From Acidimicrobiia bacterium (lineage in GTDB: Bacteria > Actinomycetota > Acidimicrobiia > Spongiisociales > ZC4RG35), in assembly GCA_040510135.1 (NCBI GenBank), contig JBEVJN010000065.1, positions 22,070 through 86,069 of the forward strand: 64,000 nt of DNA. The letters run 5' to 3'. Of this stretch, positions 17,714-26,770 are shown piece after piece; the first letter of the stretch is position 1, and each line of letters begins with the position of its first letter. Below the pieces are notes generated by a model. The model worked only from the letters and a program-made list of their open reading frames with translations. It had not been told where the DNA came from and ran no database searches. A program made the translations under genes and the position numbers.

Positions 17714-18286
17714 TCATTTTGCCTCAGGCAGTATCGGGTAATCCGGGATCGGATAGATACCGACGACGAAGCCATAGGCGGTGTCCCCCGAACGGGGAAG
17801 TCGGTCGAAATCGTGAATCAAGGCCATGACCTGTGTCCAGAACTCGGATGCACGCTCCGGCGGAATCCGGGCGTGTCGAATGAACGACCACAACTCGTGG
17901 GATTGATACGCGGGTTGTGACTCTTGGGCGGCGACATCGAAGTCGTTGAAGTCCAACGGCATTACCGCATCGCCCTTGCCCTTCCCGACCCCGACATAGA
18001 ACATCCGGGCCGTCCGCCCGTAGTAGCGCTCTTCGATCGCTCGCACCCGACGCGTCTTCACCACACGGACCAAGCCGGCCTCGTGGAGGACTTCGACGTG
18101 ATAGGCAATGGTGCTCTTTGGCCGGCCCACGGCACGGGCGATCTCGGTCACGGTGGCCGCCCGCTCGTGGAGCAGGCCAAGGATCGTCGTTCGCAGCTGG
18201 TTGCCGATGGCCTGCACCTGGAGGGGATCGGTGAGTTCGAGGGTGTCGGCCAGCTCGTAATCAGGCACGGCGGGCTTGATGGCCAT
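17714..18286 (-). CDS. ArsR-family winged-helix transcriptional regulator with C-terminal extension
   Basis: The HTH segment is LRTTILGLLHERAATVTEIARAVGRPKSTIAYHVEVLHEAGLVRV. Confidence 0.75.
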   Translation of the reverse strand: MAIKPAVPDYELADTLELTDPLQVQAIGNQLRTTILGLLHERAATVTEIARAVGRPKSTIAYHVEVLHEAGLVRVVKTRRVRAIEERYYGRTARMFYVGVGKGKGDAVMPLDFNDFDVAAQESQPAYQSHELWSFIRHARIPPERASEFWTQVMALIHDFDRLPRSGDTAYGFVVGIYPIPDYPILPEAK

Positions 18287-18354
18287 GACCGCTCAGACTA
18301 ACATTCTCGATTGTTCCAATATTTTGGATCAATCGCGACGAGGAGGAGAGAGTC

Positions 18355-18933
18355 ATGGCCGAAATCGTGTTGTTCCACCACGTAATGGGTCTCACCGACG
18401 GGATCAAGGCGTTTGCCGACGAGCTGCGTGCCGCCGGGCACGTCGTCCACACCCCCGACCTATTCGACGGTCAGACCTTCCCGACGCTGGAGGAGGGCAT
18501 GGCCTACGCCAAAGCAGTTGGGTTCGGATCCATCCTCGACCGCGGCGTCGCCGAGTGCGAGTTGCTGGTGCCGGAGCTGGTCTATGCGGGATTCTCGATG
18601 GGGGTGATGCCCGCCCAGCAACTCGCCCAAACCCGGGAGGGGGCGCGCGGCGCGCTGTTCTTCGACTCCTGTCTCCCGGTCGCCGAGTTTGGTGACGGGT
18701 GGCCCAACGGCGTGCCGGTCCAGGTACACGGGATGGACGCCGACCCGATATTCGCCGGCGAGGGCGACCTCGATGCGGCGCGAGCCCTGGTCGACTCCAC
18801 CGACCAAGCGGAGTTGTTCCTCTACCCCGGCGACGTGCACGTCTTCGCTGATGTATCTCTGCCCTGGCATGACAAGGCCGCCGCCGAGCTGATGGCCGGG
18901 CGCGTGCTGGCCTTCCTATCCGCGCTCGACTGA
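18355..18933 (+). CDS. Dienelactone hydrolase family protein
   Basis: 192-aa alpha/beta-fold protein (VLFHHVMGLT...GFSMGV...GDVHVFAD). The RBS is GAGGAGGAGAG. Confidence 0.7.
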   Translation: MAEIVLFHHVMGLTDGIKAFADELRAAGHVVHTPDLFDGQTFPTLEEGMAYAKAVGFGSILDRGVAECELLVPELVYAGFSMGVMPAQQLAQTREGARGALFFDSCLPVAEFGDGWPNGVPVQVHGMDADPIFAGEGDLDAARALVDSTDQAELFLYPGDVHVFADVSLPWHDKAAAELMAGRVLAFLSALD

Positions 18934-18952
18934 GCCTGCGCCCTCTCGCCGG

Positions 18953-19477
18953 TCACTCCGTGACAACGACCACCCCGCACTGGTCCTCGAGCACCTGGAC
19001 CACAGTCTGGGTAGCTGCGGCGGGTGCCGTTGGCGGAGGGTTCTCGACCAGCTCTTCCAGGGGCGGCGACGGGTTCCACTCGTAGGCCTCGTAGAAGTCA
19101 TAGAGGTCCTGCTCATAGAGCAGAAACTCGGCGAAAGCGCCCTGCACCGCCGGATCGACGAGTTCGACCGCCTTCGTGTAGAAGCCCAGAGACGCAGTGC
19201 GAACGATCTCGAGGTCATCGGGACCCTCGACCGGCAGATGACCGTCGACCGCTGATTCCAACTCGCCGTGGGCGACACACAGTGGGTCGTCGACGGGAAT
19301 GGTGGAGACGGGCTCCGATGTGGAGGACGCCAAGGACGAGACTGTTGTCACAGTCGTTGCTACGACCGCTGCACTGGTGGTCGGGGGCGGATCCTCAAAC
19401 GCACCGAGGGCAAGCGCCATGCCGAGACCGGCCGCGACCAGCACGATCACGGTCCCGAGGACCCGGCCCACACTCAT
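18953..19477 (-). CDS. Membrane-anchored hypothetical protein
   Basis: The N-terminal TM helix is VLGTVIVLVAAGLGMALALGAF, and the extracytoplasmic domain is acidic. The start abuts the stop of the upstream SHOCT gene. Confidence 0.55.
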   Translation of the reverse strand: MSVGRVLGTVIVLVAAGLGMALALGAFEDPPPTTSAAVVATTVTTVSSLASSTSEPVSTIPVDDPLCVAHGELESAVDGHLPVEGPDDLEIVRTASLGFYTKAVELVDPAVQGAFAEFLLYEQDLYDFYEAYEWNPSPPLEELVENPPPTAPAAATQTVVQVLEDQCGVVVVTE

Positions 19478-19768
19478 CTATTCGGCCGGTGGTGGCTCGG
19501 GGCCGCCCAGGTCTTTGGTGACCTGGAGGAACTCCTCTCGGGTCATCTCGCCGCGGGCGTAACGGAGACGGGCCGCGTCGAGTGCTTCGTCCCCGGCACT
19601 CCGCTCGACCTTGCTGTCACTCGCCCCCCGTCGCCACAGCAACGCCACTCCCAAGGCCAACAGGGCGAGAAAGGCCATGAACAGAAACCAGGCGACCCAG
19701 CGAACGGCGAACCCACGCCCCCACGTCCAGGGATCGTTCACCAACTGGAATATCAGGTCGGCAACCAT
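19478..19768 (-). CDS. SHOCT-domain membrane protein
   Basis: Has an N-terminal TM segment and the C-terminal motif LDAARLRYARGEMTREEFLQVTKDL, typical of SHOCT. Confidence 0.65.
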   Translation of the reverse strand: MVADLIFQLVNDPWTWGRGFAVRWVAWFLFMAFLALLALGVALLWRRGASDSKVERSAGDEALDAARLRYARGEMTREEFLQVTKDLGGPEPPPAE

Positions 19769-19784
19769 CCGCCGAGGATACGCG

Positions 19785-20225
19785 TCAGATCGTCATGTCC
19801 TCTCCGAAGCGGCCTCTCGCCTCGTGCGGGATGAGCGGCTTCTCCCCACGCGCCTTGATCTGCTGCACCGACCAGGTGTTTCCATCGGGATCGCTGAATC
19901 CGAAGAACGTTCCCCCATCGCGGTCGTCGAAGACGACGATCTCGCTCGGCTCCACCCCCCGATCGAGGAGCTCTTGGCGGGCCGCCCCGGCGTCGGCGAC
20001 CACCAGCTGGAGACCTCGCATCGATCCGGGGGGCATCTCGCGATGTGCGTCGAGGTCTCCGAGGACGATCGAACAGCCCGAACCCCGGGGAGTCAGCTGG
20101 ACTACATGCATCTGATCGGTCCTGGTGTCGTGATCGAGGTCGAATCCGACCTTGTCCCGGTAGAACTCGATCGCCCGGTCGACGTCACTAACCGGGAGCA
20201 GCACCACTTCCAGGGTCCAGTCCAC
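19785..20225 (-). CDS. VOC / glyoxalase-family protein
   Basis: Carries VLLPVSDVDRAIEFYRDKVGFDLDHD. GTG 20225 is preceded by AAAGGAG and lies 4 nt after the upstream stop. The ORF-track start at 20285 would overlap the upstream gene. Confidence 0.75.
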   Translation of the reverse strand: MDWTLEVVLLPVSDVDRAIEFYRDKVGFDLDHDTRTDQMHVVQLTPRGSGCSIVLGDLDAHREMPPGSMRGLQLVVADAGAARQELLDRGVEPSEIVVFDDRDGGTFFGFSDPDGNTWSVQQIKARGEKPLIPHEARGRFGEDMTI

Positions 20226-20229
20226 AGGG

Positions 20230-20721
20230 TCAGCTCCTTTCGGCCAGAAGCGTGGCCAGGAGATCGTCGAGACGCTGATATCCATCGTTCATCCCGGTCT
20301 CCATTCCCTCGCTCACCATGCCATTTCTTGCTTCGAGGGAGGGGTAGGTGGCGTGGCCACGGACGCGGGTGCGCCCGTCTCCCAAATCATCGAACGTGAG
20401 ACTCTCGATGCTCACTGCCTCCGGGAACATCTCGAACTCGAAGGTCTGGATGGCGAACTCGTTCTCGCGGACGACATGGAAAACGCCATTGAATGCGTAC
20501 TCCTCGCCCTCCGGGTTTCGGTGGACAAAGCGCCAACGGCCCCCGGTCCGGAAGTCATAGATCTCGATGTCCGTGTCGTAGTCGCGCGGTCCCATCCACT
20601 GCTTGACGAGATCCGGCTCTTTGTGAGCCCGGAACACCGCGTCCACCGGGGCGTCGAACTCACGCTCGAAGTCGATGAAGGGCAGGCCGTCAGGTGCGCT
20701 GACCTGTAATGGGTTGGTCAT
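20230..20721 (-). CDS. SRPBCC / AHSA1-like family protein
   Basis: 163 aa. FEREFDAPVDAVFRAHKEPDLVKQWMGP is typical of Aha1-like START-fold proteins. It has a 4-nt overlap with the arsR stop. Confidence 0.75.
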   Translation of the reverse strand: MTNPLQVSAPDGLPFIDFEREFDAPVDAVFRAHKEPDLVKQWMGPRDYDTDIEIYDFRTGGRWRFVHRNPEGEEYAFNGVFHVVRENEFAIQTFEFEMFPEAVSIESLTFDDLGDGRTRVRGHATYPSLEARNGMVSEGMETGMNDGYQRLDDLLATLLAERS

Positions 20722-21068
20722 TTTCGTTTCTCCTTTTCCATGTTCTCTAGCACCGCGTCGAGACGCCGGTACTCCTCCTCGTGCAGCAGCCGGTAACGAT
20801 CGATCCAGGCGGTCATTGCCTCCAGCTGAGCTGGGTTCAGATGCACCGGCCGCCGTTGCGCATCGCGGCTCCGGGTAACCAGACCGGCTTGCTCGAGCAC
20901 CTGGATGTGTTTCGACACCGCTTGCTTGGTGATCTCGAACGGCTCGGCGAGCTCGTTGACCGTTGCCGGTCCCCGACTCAGCCTGGCGATGATTCGCCGC
21001 CGCACCGGGTCGGCCAGGGCGGCAAATGCTCGATCGAGACGATCCTCAGCCGACGGATCGATGATCAT
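20718..21068 (-). CDS. ArsR/SmtB-family metalloregulator
   Basis: 116 aa with FAALADPVRRRIIARLSRGPATVNELAEPFEITKQAVSKHIQVLEQAGLV. Confidence 0.85.
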   Translation of the reverse strand: MIIDPSAEDRLDRAFAALADPVRRRIIARLSRGPATVNELAEPFEITKQAVSKHIQVLEQAGLVTRSRDAQRRPVHLNPAQLEAMTAWIDRYRLLHEEEYRRLDAVLENMEKEKRK

Positions 21069-21086
21069 TATTCAACTGTGTCCTTT

Positions 21087-21100
21087 ATCAATCGATTGAT
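21087..21100. promoter_or_regulatory. Candidate ArsR operator (perfect 14-bp palindrome)
   Basis: ATCAATCGATTGAT lies in an AT-rich patch 19 nt upstream of the arsR start (21068), in the divergent arsR/ridA intergenic region. Confidence 0.4.
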
Positions 21101-21157
21101 TGACTACGGTACGGCATTCCGCAACCGGCGTCAAGAGGAGACTGATAAGTTGGACGA

Positions 21158-21559
21158 ATGGCTGAAGAATTCGAACGAGCAGCAGTCGATGTGCCGGGGC
21201 ATCCAGCCCCGGCCGGGCATTACTCCCACGGGATCGTCACGTCGGGACGCCTTCTCTTCGTCGCCGGTCAGGTCGCCCTCGACGAGAACGGAGAGCTCGT
21301 CGGGGGTGATGACGGCGCTGCCCAGGCCCGTCAAGTCCTGACCAATCTGCAACGCGTGATCGAGGCGGCCGGAGCCCGGATGGCCGACGTGGCCCGTACC
21401 ACCCTCTACCTGACCCGTCTCGAGGATCGTGGTCCGGTGGCCGAGGTCCGGAAGGAGTTCTTCCCCACCCCACCGCCCGCCAATACCCTGTTGGTGGTGT
21501 CCTCGCTGGCGAGCCCTGAATTCCTGGTCGAGATCGACGCCATAGTCCCGCTCCCCTGA
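21158..21559 (+). CDS. RidA/YjgF family reactive-intermediate deaminase
   Basis: 133 aa with PAPAGHYSHGIVTSGRLLFVAGQV...TLYL...PANTLLVVSSL. Confidence 0.85.
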   Translation: MAEEFERAAVDVPGHPAPAGHYSHGIVTSGRLLFVAGQVALDENGELVGGDDGAAQARQVLTNLQRVIEAAGARMADVARTTLYLTRLEDRGPVAEVRKEFFPTPPPANTLLVVSSLASPEFLVEIDAIVPLP

Positions 21560-21565
21560 CCGACG

Positions 21566-22153
21566 ATGGACGCGGTCTCGGTGCTGGCCGGCCGTATCAG
21601 TGAGGTCGCATCCGAGCGACCGGATCCCATTCTCGTCGCCCTCGATGGGCGGAGCGCGGCCGGGAAGTCGACTTTGGCCGCGGTGGTCGCTCCGCTGGTC
21701 GGAGCGATCGTGATCGATGGCGACGACTTCTACTCGGGCGGGAGCGCCGAGACCTGGGACGCGATGAGCGCCGCCGAGAAGGCCGGGCATTGCATCGATT
21801 GGCGAAGACAGCATTCGGTGCTCGAGAAGCTGGCGAGGGGTGAGGCCGCATCCTGGCGCCCCTACGACTGGGAGGCTGATGACGGCAGCCTGACCGACCG
21901 GACTGTCACCTGTGACCCGGCTCCGGTCGTCATCCTCGATGGCGCCTATAGCGCCCGTCCTGAGCTCGCCGACCTGTTCGACCTGCGAGTTCTCGTCGAT
22001 GCTCCGGCCGGCCTGCGAAGGAAACGGCTGGTACACCGTGAAGGTGAGGGCTTCCGGCTGGACTGGAATCGACGTTGGGACGACGCCGAGCAGTGGTACT
22101 TCGCCGAAGTGATGCCCCGGGAGTCATTCGACCTGATCGTCACGGCTAGCTAA
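21566..22153 (+). CDS. P-loop NTPase, uridine-kinase-like
   Basis: Walker A motif GRSAAGKSTLA. Size and the DGDDFY motif are consistent with the uridine kinase/PRK family. Confidence 0.55.
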   Translation: MDAVSVLAGRISEVASERPDPILVALDGRSAAGKSTLAAVVAPLVGAIVIDGDDFYSGGSAETWDAMSAAEKAGHCIDWRRQHSVLEKLARGEAASWRPYDWEADDGSLTDRTVTCDPAPVVILDGAYSARPELADLFDLRVLVDAPAGLRRKRLVHREGEGFRLDWNRRWDDAEQWYFAEVMPRESFDLIVTAS

Positions 22154-22163
22154 GCATTTCCAC

Positions 22164-22191
22164 TTGCACATTTCCTTTGCATAGTTATTGT
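22164..22191 (+). promoter_or_regulatory. Candidate promoter giving a leaderless transcript of the wHTH-MFS operon
   Basis: TTGCAC (22164-22169), 16 nt, TATTGT (22186-22191), 7 nt, then GTG 22199. It sits in an AT-rich island with the inverted repeat TTGCACA/TGTGCAT (22164-22170 / 22189-22195). Confidence 0.45.
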
Positions 22192-22198
22192 GCATATT

Positions 22199-22768
22199 GT
22201 GACCGCAACCCCTCCCTACCCCCGTCTCGACCCCACGGCCCTCAAGGTTCTCGCCCACCCGCTTCGGAGCCGCCTCCTCGGCGAACTGCGCCTCAACGGA
22301 CCGGCGACGGCGACAACCCTCGCCAATGTCCTCGGCACCAACACCGGAGCCACCAGCTATCACCTGCGAAAACTGGCCTCCGTTGGTCTGGTCGAGGAAA
22401 CCGGTGAGGGGAAAGGCAGGGAGCGTTGGTGGCGCCCCACCCACGAGATGCACTCCTGGTTGACCAGCGACCTCGATGAAGACCCGGACGGGATCGCAGC
22501 AGCGGAATGGCTGCACGGCGAGTCGCTGCGCCGGTTCCAAGTGTTCGCCGAGGAATGGTTTGCATCGGAGTGGGACTGGCCAGTCGCGTGGCGGGATGCG
22601 GCCGGATCCTCGGATTACCTCCTCGAGCTATCCGCCGATCAACTCCGCGATCTCGGCAAGGAATTGACCGCGGTGATCGATCGCTACCGCAGGCTCGAGC
22701 CCGGGCCTGATCCTGCCCGCATCATCTTCTGCACCTTCGCCTTCCCCCAGCCGGACGGGCGAATATGA
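22199..22768 (+). CDS. Winged-helix (ArsR-like) transcriptional regulator
   Basis: Carries LKVLAHPLRSRLLGELRLNGPATATTLANVLGTNTGATSYHLRKLASVGLV. The start could be GTG 22199 (leaderless geometry) or GTG 22190 (ORF track). Confidence 0.75.
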   Translation: MTATPPYPRLDPTALKVLAHPLRSRLLGELRLNGPATATTLANVLGTNTGATSYHLRKLASVGLVEETGEGKGRERWWRPTHEMHSWLTSDLDEDPDGIAAAEWLHGESLRRFQVFAEEWFASEWDWPVAWRDAAGSSDYLLELSADQLRDLGKELTAVIDRYRRLEPGPDPARIIFCTFAFPQPDGRI

Positions 22769-24021
22769 CGCAGGCTCTGACCGCGGAGGCGGTGCGACGG
22801 CGCTACCTGACCCTGGTCGCGATGCGTTGGCTGCCTACGGGCCTGCTGATACCGGTGTTCATCCTGTTGCCCGCCGAGCGCGGGCTTTCGCTGAGCCAGC
22901 TGGGCCTGGCCGCCGCGGGGCAGGGGCTGGTCGTCCTCTTTCTCGAGCTGCCGACGGGCGGCCTGGCCGACTCGCTAGGCCGGAAGCGGGTCCTCATCGC
23001 CTCATCCTTCGTCGGGATGGCTTCGGTTTCCATCTACCTGTTCGCCGACTCCTTCGCTGCGTTCTTTGCTGCATTTGCCCTGCAAGGGGTGTTTCGCGCC
23101 CTCGACAGCGGCCCGTTGGAGGCCTGGTATGTCGATGCGGCCCACGCCGCCGATCCCGACGCAGAGATTCAACGAGGGCTCAGTGGTGCCGGGATCGCCC
23201 TCGGCGTCGCCATTGCCGCCGGCGCCCTACTCAGCGGGCTGCTCGTGACCCTGGACCCGATCAGGGGTCTCGAGCCGCTCGCCACTCCTGTCGTCGTCTC
23301 CCTGGGTCTGCAACTGCTCGGCCTCGCCGGTGTCGTCATCCTGATGACCGAGATCCGCGCCGAGAAGGGCTGGCAGGCTGCGACACGGGCCGCCCGGGAG
23401 ACCCCGGCCGCGATCAGAGGCGGCCTCCGCCTGCTTCGTGACAACCGCGTCCTCCTCGCCATCGTCTCGGTCGAGCTGTTCTGGGGCTTCGGGATTTCCA
23501 CGTTCGAGACCTTCACCCCGCTCCGCCTCTCCGAGATCCTCGGCAACGCGGACCAGGCCGCCGCGGTCGCAGGGCCTGCGGCATCCGCCGCCTGGCTGAT
23601 GTCGGCAGCGGGGGCGGCGACGGTGCCCTGGCTGGGACGTCGTATCGGCCTGGCTCCGGCGGCCATGCTGTTGCGAGTGCTCCAGGGGATCGCGGTGTTG
23701 GGCATCGGCCTGTCCGCCGGCGTCCCCGGCGTCATCGCGGCCTATCTGGCGGCCTATGTGTTCCACGGCGCCTCTAATCCGATCCACATGACTCTCCTCC
23801 ACCGCCAGGTCGAGGGGACTTTCCGCGCCACAGTCTCCTCTCTGAACTCCATGGCAGGGTTGTCGGCCGGCGCCCTCGGCCTCATTGCCCTGACTGCCAT
23901 CGCCGAGGCGACCTCGTTGAGCACCGCCACGATGGTCGGGGCCGTGGTCCTCGCCGCCGCTGCCCCCCTTTACATCCCCGCCTGGCGGCAGTCAAGGAAG
24001 AAGGAGCCGGCGAGACTATGA
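22765..24021 (+). CDS. MFS transporter
   Basis: 418 aa with about 12 TM helices and the MFS motif GGLADSLGRKRV. ATGA overlap with the upstream regulator. Confidence 0.85.
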   Translation: MTQALTAEAVRRRYLTLVAMRWLPTGLLIPVFILLPAERGLSLSQLGLAAAGQGLVVLFLELPTGGLADSLGRKRVLIASSFVGMASVSIYLFADSFAAFFAAFALQGVFRALDSGPLEAWYVDAAHAADPDAEIQRGLSGAGIALGVAIAAGALLSGLLVTLDPIRGLEPLATPVVVSLGLQLLGLAGVVILMTEIRAEKGWQAATRAARETPAAIRGGLRLLRDNRVLLAIVSVELFWGFGISTFETFTPLRLSEILGNADQAAAVAGPAASAAWLMSAAGAATVPWLGRRIGLAPAAMLLRVLQGIAVLGIGLSAGVPGVIAAYLAAYVFHGASNPIHMTLLHRQVEGTFRATVSSLNSMAGLSAGALGLIALTAIAEATSLSTATMVGAVVLAAAAPLYIPAWRQSRKKEPARL

Positions 24022-24040
24022 CCGTGCCCGGAGTTGAGAT

Positions 24041-25282
24041 TCACAGGCTTGACCAGGAGACCCAAGACCCGTCGTGAACATTGACCGGGTCGCCACCGGC
24101 GACGGGGTGGACCCAGATTCCGGAGTCAGCGTCGATGGCCCCGGGCAGGGCAAACGCCGCCGAATCCGGCGACCAAAGCTGTAGTGATTGGCCGTATTGG
24201 TCGAAGAAGCGGAGCACGTCGGCGACAAACGCCGGATCTGGTGACATGGTCGAAAGCTCGGTCGTGCTGCCGGCACGCCAAACGATGGTCGCCAGCTCGG
24301 CGGCACCACCTTCGTCAGGGTTGAGCAGGAGCAGCGACTCCCCATCGGGACTCCAGAACAGCCCTATTGAAGTGGAGGCGACCACCTCGGACATCTCGCC
24401 ACTTACGATGTCTATGACCACGACCGTGTTGGAAGGGATCGCAGGTGTCTCTGTGATCGCCGCGTTGACGCCGGGAGGGGTCTCTTCCTCGACGAAGGAC
24501 TGGACCGCCACTCTGGTGCCCTGGCGGTTGGCTACGAACGCAATCGGTCCGGGGACAGTGGCCAGCAGACGGGCCTCCCCGTCAACCTGACGCAACTCGA
24601 GACCGTCGGCGGAAAGATGGAGGATCCCGGCCGGGATCCAATGCGGCGCCTGGTACCCCGGGGCCGTGGCGCCGAGATCCACTCCCTCGCCGTCGAGAGC
24701 GATGGTCCCGAAGAACTCCGATTGGACATGGGCGGCAACCTGGCTGCTGTCAGGGCTCCACGAGAAGTAGAAGGGGGATCCCTGCGCCACCACCTCGGAT
24801 GATGTCGCGCCGACATCGACCATCTCGAATTCGATCGTCCCCTGGACACTGTTGTGCAACACACCGATCCCGTTGCCGTCGGGCGACCAGAACATGTAGA
24901 ACGGAGGGGCAGTCATGGGGACCGATACGCGGCCTTCACCCCGCGGGTCGCTCGAGCCCAGGCCCGACCCTCCGGCATTTATCTCCGACCAGGCCACGGT
25001 GTCGGTTACTGGAGAGAAGGCCGGCTGCCGATATCCGGCGGCGTCGCCGCCGTCGTCGGTGATGGCGGCGGGATCAGAGCCGTCGGGGTTCATGGTGACG
25101 ATGTTGCCGCTGTCGTCGACGACCACGAGCCGGCCGGGCAGGTCCGACACATCGGTGGTCAGGGGCTGGGTCGACTCCGGTGCCGTGGTCTGGTCGACGA
25201 CTGTCGATGTCGTCCCCGAATCGCCGGTGCACGCCGCGATGGTGATGAACGCGGCCACAGCGGCGGTCAACCGGTGCATCAA
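24041..25282 (-). CDS. TolB-like beta-propeller lipoprotein (PD40/WD40-like repeats)
   Basis: Lipobox AFITIAAC|TG. Repeated motifs of the form PAFSPDG / WSPDG / FWSPDG / WSPDS occur through the protein. Confidence 0.7.
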   Translation of the reverse strand: MMHRLTAAVAAFITIAACTGDSGTTSTVVDQTTAPESTQPLTTDVSDLPGRLVVVDDSGNIVTMNPDGSDPAAITDDGGDAAGYRQPAFSPVTDTVAWSEINAGGSGLGSSDPRGEGRVSVPMTAPPFYMFWSPDGNGIGVLHNSVQGTIEFEMVDVGATSSEVVAQGSPFYFSWSPDSSQVAAHVQSEFFGTIALDGEGVDLGATAPGYQAPHWIPAGILHLSADGLELRQVDGEARLLATVPGPIAFVANRQGTRVAVQSFVEEETPPGVNAAITETPAIPSNTVVVIDIVSGEMSEVVASTSIGLFWSPDGESLLLLNPDEGGAAELATIVWRAGSTTELSTMSPDPAFVADVLRFFDQYGQSLQLWSPDSAAFALPGAIDADSGIWVHPVAGGDPVNVHDGSWVSWSSL

Positions 25283-26295
25283 GGGAGGCTACCGATGGGG
25301 GTCGCCCCGTTTTCTCCCACGACCCTGGCGAAGAGGGCACGATCCACGCTCCCGCCACTCACGACGCAGACGCTCAGGCCTCTTGCCTCGACCGGTGTTG
25401 ACAAGGCAGCCGCCACGGCAGCAGCACCTGCGCCTTCGGTTACCAACCTGTTGCCCCGGGCGAGAAGGCGCATGGCGGCCTTCACCTCTTCCTCGCCGAC
25501 CAGGACGAGGTCGTCGACGAGCCGACGCAACATGGGGAACATCTCGTCTGTGATCACAGGTGTGGATGCACCTTCGACGATCGTGTCCTGCCAGTCGATC
25601 CATTTCGGACCACCGGCTTCGAACGCCGCAGCGAGCGCCGAGTTGACTCGGGACTGCACGGCGAAGACCCGGGTGGATGGCTTGAGAATCTTCAACACCG
25701 AAGCAACGCCACCGAGAAGGGCCCCTCCGCCAACCGGGACGAAGACAGAGTCGAGGTCGGGAAGCTCCTCGAAGATCTCGACACCCATCGTCCCGTGACC
25801 GGCAACCATCAGCGGCTCACCCCATGGGTTGAGATAGCTGTGCGGGTCCTCTCGCCATGCTTCCTCGAACATGAACCGCATCAGCTCGGTCATCGAAACG
25901 TGGACGAGATCCACCCCGTAGGCGGCAAGCGCCTCCCGTTTCGACTGGTGGAGGGAGTCGGGAACATGGCACCGTACCGGCACCCCGAGGAGTCGACCCA
26001 TATACCCCAGCGCCATGGCGGTGTTTCCGGCGCTGGTGGTGGCGATCCCGCGCTGTCTCCCTTCGTCGCTGAGACTGAGTGCCCAGTTGCCGACGCCCCG
26101 GATCTTGAACGATCCCACCGGCTGGAGGACCTCCGGCTTGAGGTAGATATCGGATGCGGCTTCGTAGCTGTGAAGTGGAAGGAGAGGAGTTCGCACGACG
26201 AGACCCTCGATTCGATCCGCCGCCTCGGTCACCTCCCGGAGATCTGGCGGTTGGACTGGGTCCCCACCCCATCCGGTCGGGCGATCGTCGCTCAC
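25279..26295 (-). CDS. PLP-dependent threonine/serine dehydratase-family enzyme
   Basis: The PLP-lysine motif is PVGSFKIRGV, and the Gly-rich loop is VPVGGGALLGG. 4-nt overlap with the downstream gene. Confidence 0.8.
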   Translation of the reverse strand: MSDDRPTGWGGDPVQPPDLREVTEAADRIEGLVVRTPLLPLHSYEAASDIYLKPEVLQPVGSFKIRGVGNWALSLSDEGRQRGIATTSAGNTAMALGYMGRLLGVPVRCHVPDSLHQSKREALAAYGVDLVHVSMTELMRFMFEEAWREDPHSYLNPWGEPLMVAGHGTMGVEIFEELPDLDSVFVPVGGGALLGGVASVLKILKPSTRVFAVQSRVNSALAAAFEAGGPKWIDWQDTIVEGASTPVITDEMFPMLRRLVDDLVLVGEEEVKAAMRLLARGNRLVTEGAGAAAVAAALSTPVEARGLSVCVVSGGSVDRALFARVVGENGATPIGSLP

Positions 26296-26344
26296 TACCT
26301 TCCTCGTCGCAGGACAGCGACTCTATTGGTAAGGAGGTCATGAC

Positions 26345-26722
26345 ATGGAAAAGGTCGTCGTCGAAGGGCTCGCCCGTGTCCCATCGTTCAGCCACGCCGT
26401 GATCGCGGGTGACTTCGTCCACGTCGCGGGGAGCCTGGGGACTCTGGGTGACACAGCTGAACTGGTCGAGGGAGGGGTCGGACCCGAGACGACCCAGACC
26501 ATCCGGAACATCGAGCGGATCCTCGAGGCGACTGGGCTCGGTTTGGGCGATGTGGTCAAGATGAATGTGTATCTATCGGATATGACTGACTTCCAGGTCA
26601 TGAACGAGGCATACATGGTCGCCATCGGCGACGATCCCCCGGCCCGGATCACTGTGGGCGGCGTCGACCTCGCCCTCGGGGGGGCGGTGGAGATCGACTG
26701 CGTGGCGTACCGGGGAGGATGA
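26345..26722 (+). CDS. RidA/YjgF family protein (second paralog)
   Basis: 125 aa with FSHAVIAGDFVHVAGSLG...MNVYLSDMTDF...PARITVGGVDLALGGAVEIDCVA. Confidence 0.85.
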   Translation: MEKVVVEGLARVPSFSHAVIAGDFVHVAGSLGTLGDTAELVEGGVGPETTQTIRNIERILEATGLGLGDVVKMNVYLSDMTDFQVMNEAYMVAIGDDPPARITVGGVDLALGGAVEIDCVAYRGG

Positions 26723-26770
26723 CCCCGCCGGGCTTTCAACTCGAAGGCCCATTTTGTCGATAGACAGAGC

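Noticed and set aside
18314-18327. TCCAA-TATT-TTGGA inverted repeat in the ArsR-like/dienelactone hydrolase intergenic region as an operator.
   Set aside because: The arms are only 5 bp, in an AT-rich promoter patch. That is too weak to call without binding data.
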